Part shown: in pieces, positions 62,579-64,000 of the stretch
How positions within the stretch are numbered: position 1 is the first letter of the stretch
Layout: each line of letters starts with the position of its first letter
From: Gammaproteobacteria bacterium
GTDB taxonomy: Bacteria; Pseudomonadota; Gammaproteobacteria; Arenicellales; JAJDZL01
Assembly (NCBI GenBank): GCA_022823405.1
Contig: JAJDXD010000095.1
Span: forward strand, 4,809-68,808
Length of the DNA stretch: 64,000 nucleotides
Reading direction: 5' to 3'
The notes under the pieces: model-generated
Told to the model about the DNA's origin: nothing
Seen by the model: only the letters and a program-made list of their open reading frames with translations
Databases searched by the model: none
Translations under genes and position numbers: made by a program

Positions 62579-63579
62579 TGACTTTGAGTAATGTTGAACG
62601 GTCCGAGGATGCTCAAGAAAAGCTAGCCCAACTGATTCGCTCAGACCGTAATGCGCTAGCAAAGGCAATCACAATTGTCGAAAACAATCTTGATGGCACC
62701 AGTGCGGTACTGAGTGCAATTCAATGTAATCTTGGCCGCGCACACGTCGTTGGAGTAACTGGCCCTCCAGGCGTTGGAAAATCTACGCTCATCGATGCCT
62801 GTATCGCAGAATTTCGAAAACTTGGGAAATCGGTAGCGATTCTTGCGATTGATCCAAGCAGTCATTTCAGTGGTGGTGCAATTCTGGGTGATCGTGTCAG
62901 AATGGCCGAACACTCGGACGACAATGGTGTATTCATCCGGTCGGTTGCCGCTCGCGGCCATCTTGGGGGTCTGTCTGCTACAGCGCTCAACATAATCCAC
63001 CTGTTCGACGCTGCAAACTGGGATGTCATTATTGTTGAAACGGTTGGTGCAGGTCAGTCTGAAATTGAAATTGCGGAACTGGCGGACACAACGGTCGTTG
63101 TTGAATCACCTGGTTTAGGTGACGAAATTCAGGCAATTAAGGCAGGGCTACTAGAAATTGCTGACATTATCGCGGTCAATAAATCAGATCTCCCTCACGC
63201 GGATATTACAGTAAGTGAATTGATGCATGCCCTATCCATGCGACACTCCTCGAAGTCAGTTCAAGTTTCAAAAACTTGTGCAACCGAGCGACAGGGAGTT
63301 CAAGAACTAGTTGCAGAGATTGTCAAGCATGGTGTGAAGGTTATGCAAACTAACCGAACCAAATGCGTATCTGAGCGATCAAGAAAAATTGTCGCACGTG
63401 TGGTGGGGGAAAGTGTCACGCGTCAATTTAGAAAATTGAACTCAAAGGAAGCTGACGTTTTCGCTGAGTTAGTGCAGGTCGGAGAATTAAACTCCGACAC
63501 AATAGCTGAATCAGTAATTCAACATTTAATTTCGACTCTGAGAGAACCGAGTAACTTTCCAGAAAGCGAACAGAATTAG
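62578..63579 (+). CDS. meaB: MeaB/ArgK G-protein metallochaperone
   Basis: GPPGVGKST, DPSS..SGGAILGDRVRM, ETVGAGQSE, NKSD. Confidence 0.94.
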   Translation: MTLSNVERSEDAQEKLAQLIRSDRNALAKAITIVENNLDGTSAVLSAIQCNLGRAHVVGVTGPPGVGKSTLIDACIAEFRKLGKSVAILAIDPSSHFSGGAILGDRVRMAEHSDDNGVFIRSVAARGHLGGLSATALNIIHLFDAANWDVIIVETVGAGQSEIEIAELADTTVVVESPGLGDEIQAIKAGLLEIADIIAVNKSDLPHADITVSELMHALSMRHSSKSVQVSKTCATERQGVQELVAEIVKHGVKVMQTNRTKCVSERSRKIVARVVGESVTRQFRKLNSKEADVFAELVQVGELNSDTIAESVIQHLISTLREPSNFPESEQN

Positions 63580-63590
63580 TCCGTTATCCG

Positions 63591-63881
63591 TCAACGTTTT
63601 TCGAAAATTCTCTCGCCGGATTCACGGATGATCTGCTGGCCCTTGAAAACAGCATGTTTACATGCAGCGTCAAAATCTGTATGCGTATCAGCACGTATAA
63701 AGTAGTGTTCACGCATGTTTCCATTTTCATCCAACTTTCGAACGTAGCCAGCAGTGACAAAATTGCCCTTTTGTTTTAGCGGAGCCGGTTTGATGACGAA
63801 TCCTTCATAATCTACCTGTTCGACATCAGGCTCAGCTTGAGCGGTATCACCTTTTCCCATCAATCGACTTAAAAGTCCCAT
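63591..63881 (-). CDS. HlyU-family (PF10115-like) small protein
   Basis: MGLLSRLMG start, YEGFVIKPAP, HYFIRADT, QIIRESGERIF pattern recalled for this family. Confidence 0.7.
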   Translation of the reverse strand: MGLLSRLMGKGDTAQAEPDVEQVDYEGFVIKPAPLKQKGNFVTAGYVRKLDENGNMREHYFIRADTHTDFDAACKHAVFKGQQIIRESGERIFEKR

Positions 63882-64000
63882 TTTTCTTTCCGCGGTAATG
63901 AATTCTGATTGTCGTGATTGATACAGTCTGTAACCTACTTAAGATTACACTGCTTCACTTTTGTACTCTGCATAATATCACGATAGCAGGGATTGAGTGT

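Overview
Chromosomal segment of a non-enteric gammaproteobacterium (inferred from gene order tpiA-secG-tRNA-Leu-nuoA..M, separate NuoC/NuoD, and ilvIHC-psd-pssA-leuA). Most of the window is housekeeping on the minus strand: udg (partial), leuA, pssA, psd, ilvCHI, cysS, purF-cvpA-SPOR-folC-accD-trpF, dtd-pnp-rpsO-truB-rbfA-infB-nusA-rimP, nuoA-M, secG, tpiA. An ~18 kb accessory block (~26.6-44.7 kb) sits between nuoM and rimP, where nuoN would normally follow; nuoN is not in the window. The block has a Fic gene or remnant at each end. It holds amine and D-amino-acid metabolism genes (betA, ddl, class IV aminotransferase, dgcN-dgcA-like pair, two amidase-signature proteins, thioesterase, amidinotransferase), an IS5 remnant and a DUF3800 gene. 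Best candidate for an undescribed system: a sigma70 promoter, a ~65-nt three-way-junction RNA ending in U8, and the DUF3800 (RNase H-like) gene directly behind it. Also notable: an intact amidase-signature ORF with all three catalytic residues replaced, coupled to betA; a split B12 acyl-CoA mutase with Leu/Asn at the specificity positions (pivalyl-CoA-mutase-like) plus MeaB; and a Leu-rich leader peptide before leuA. All assignments come from reading motifs by eye; no searches or folding were run.
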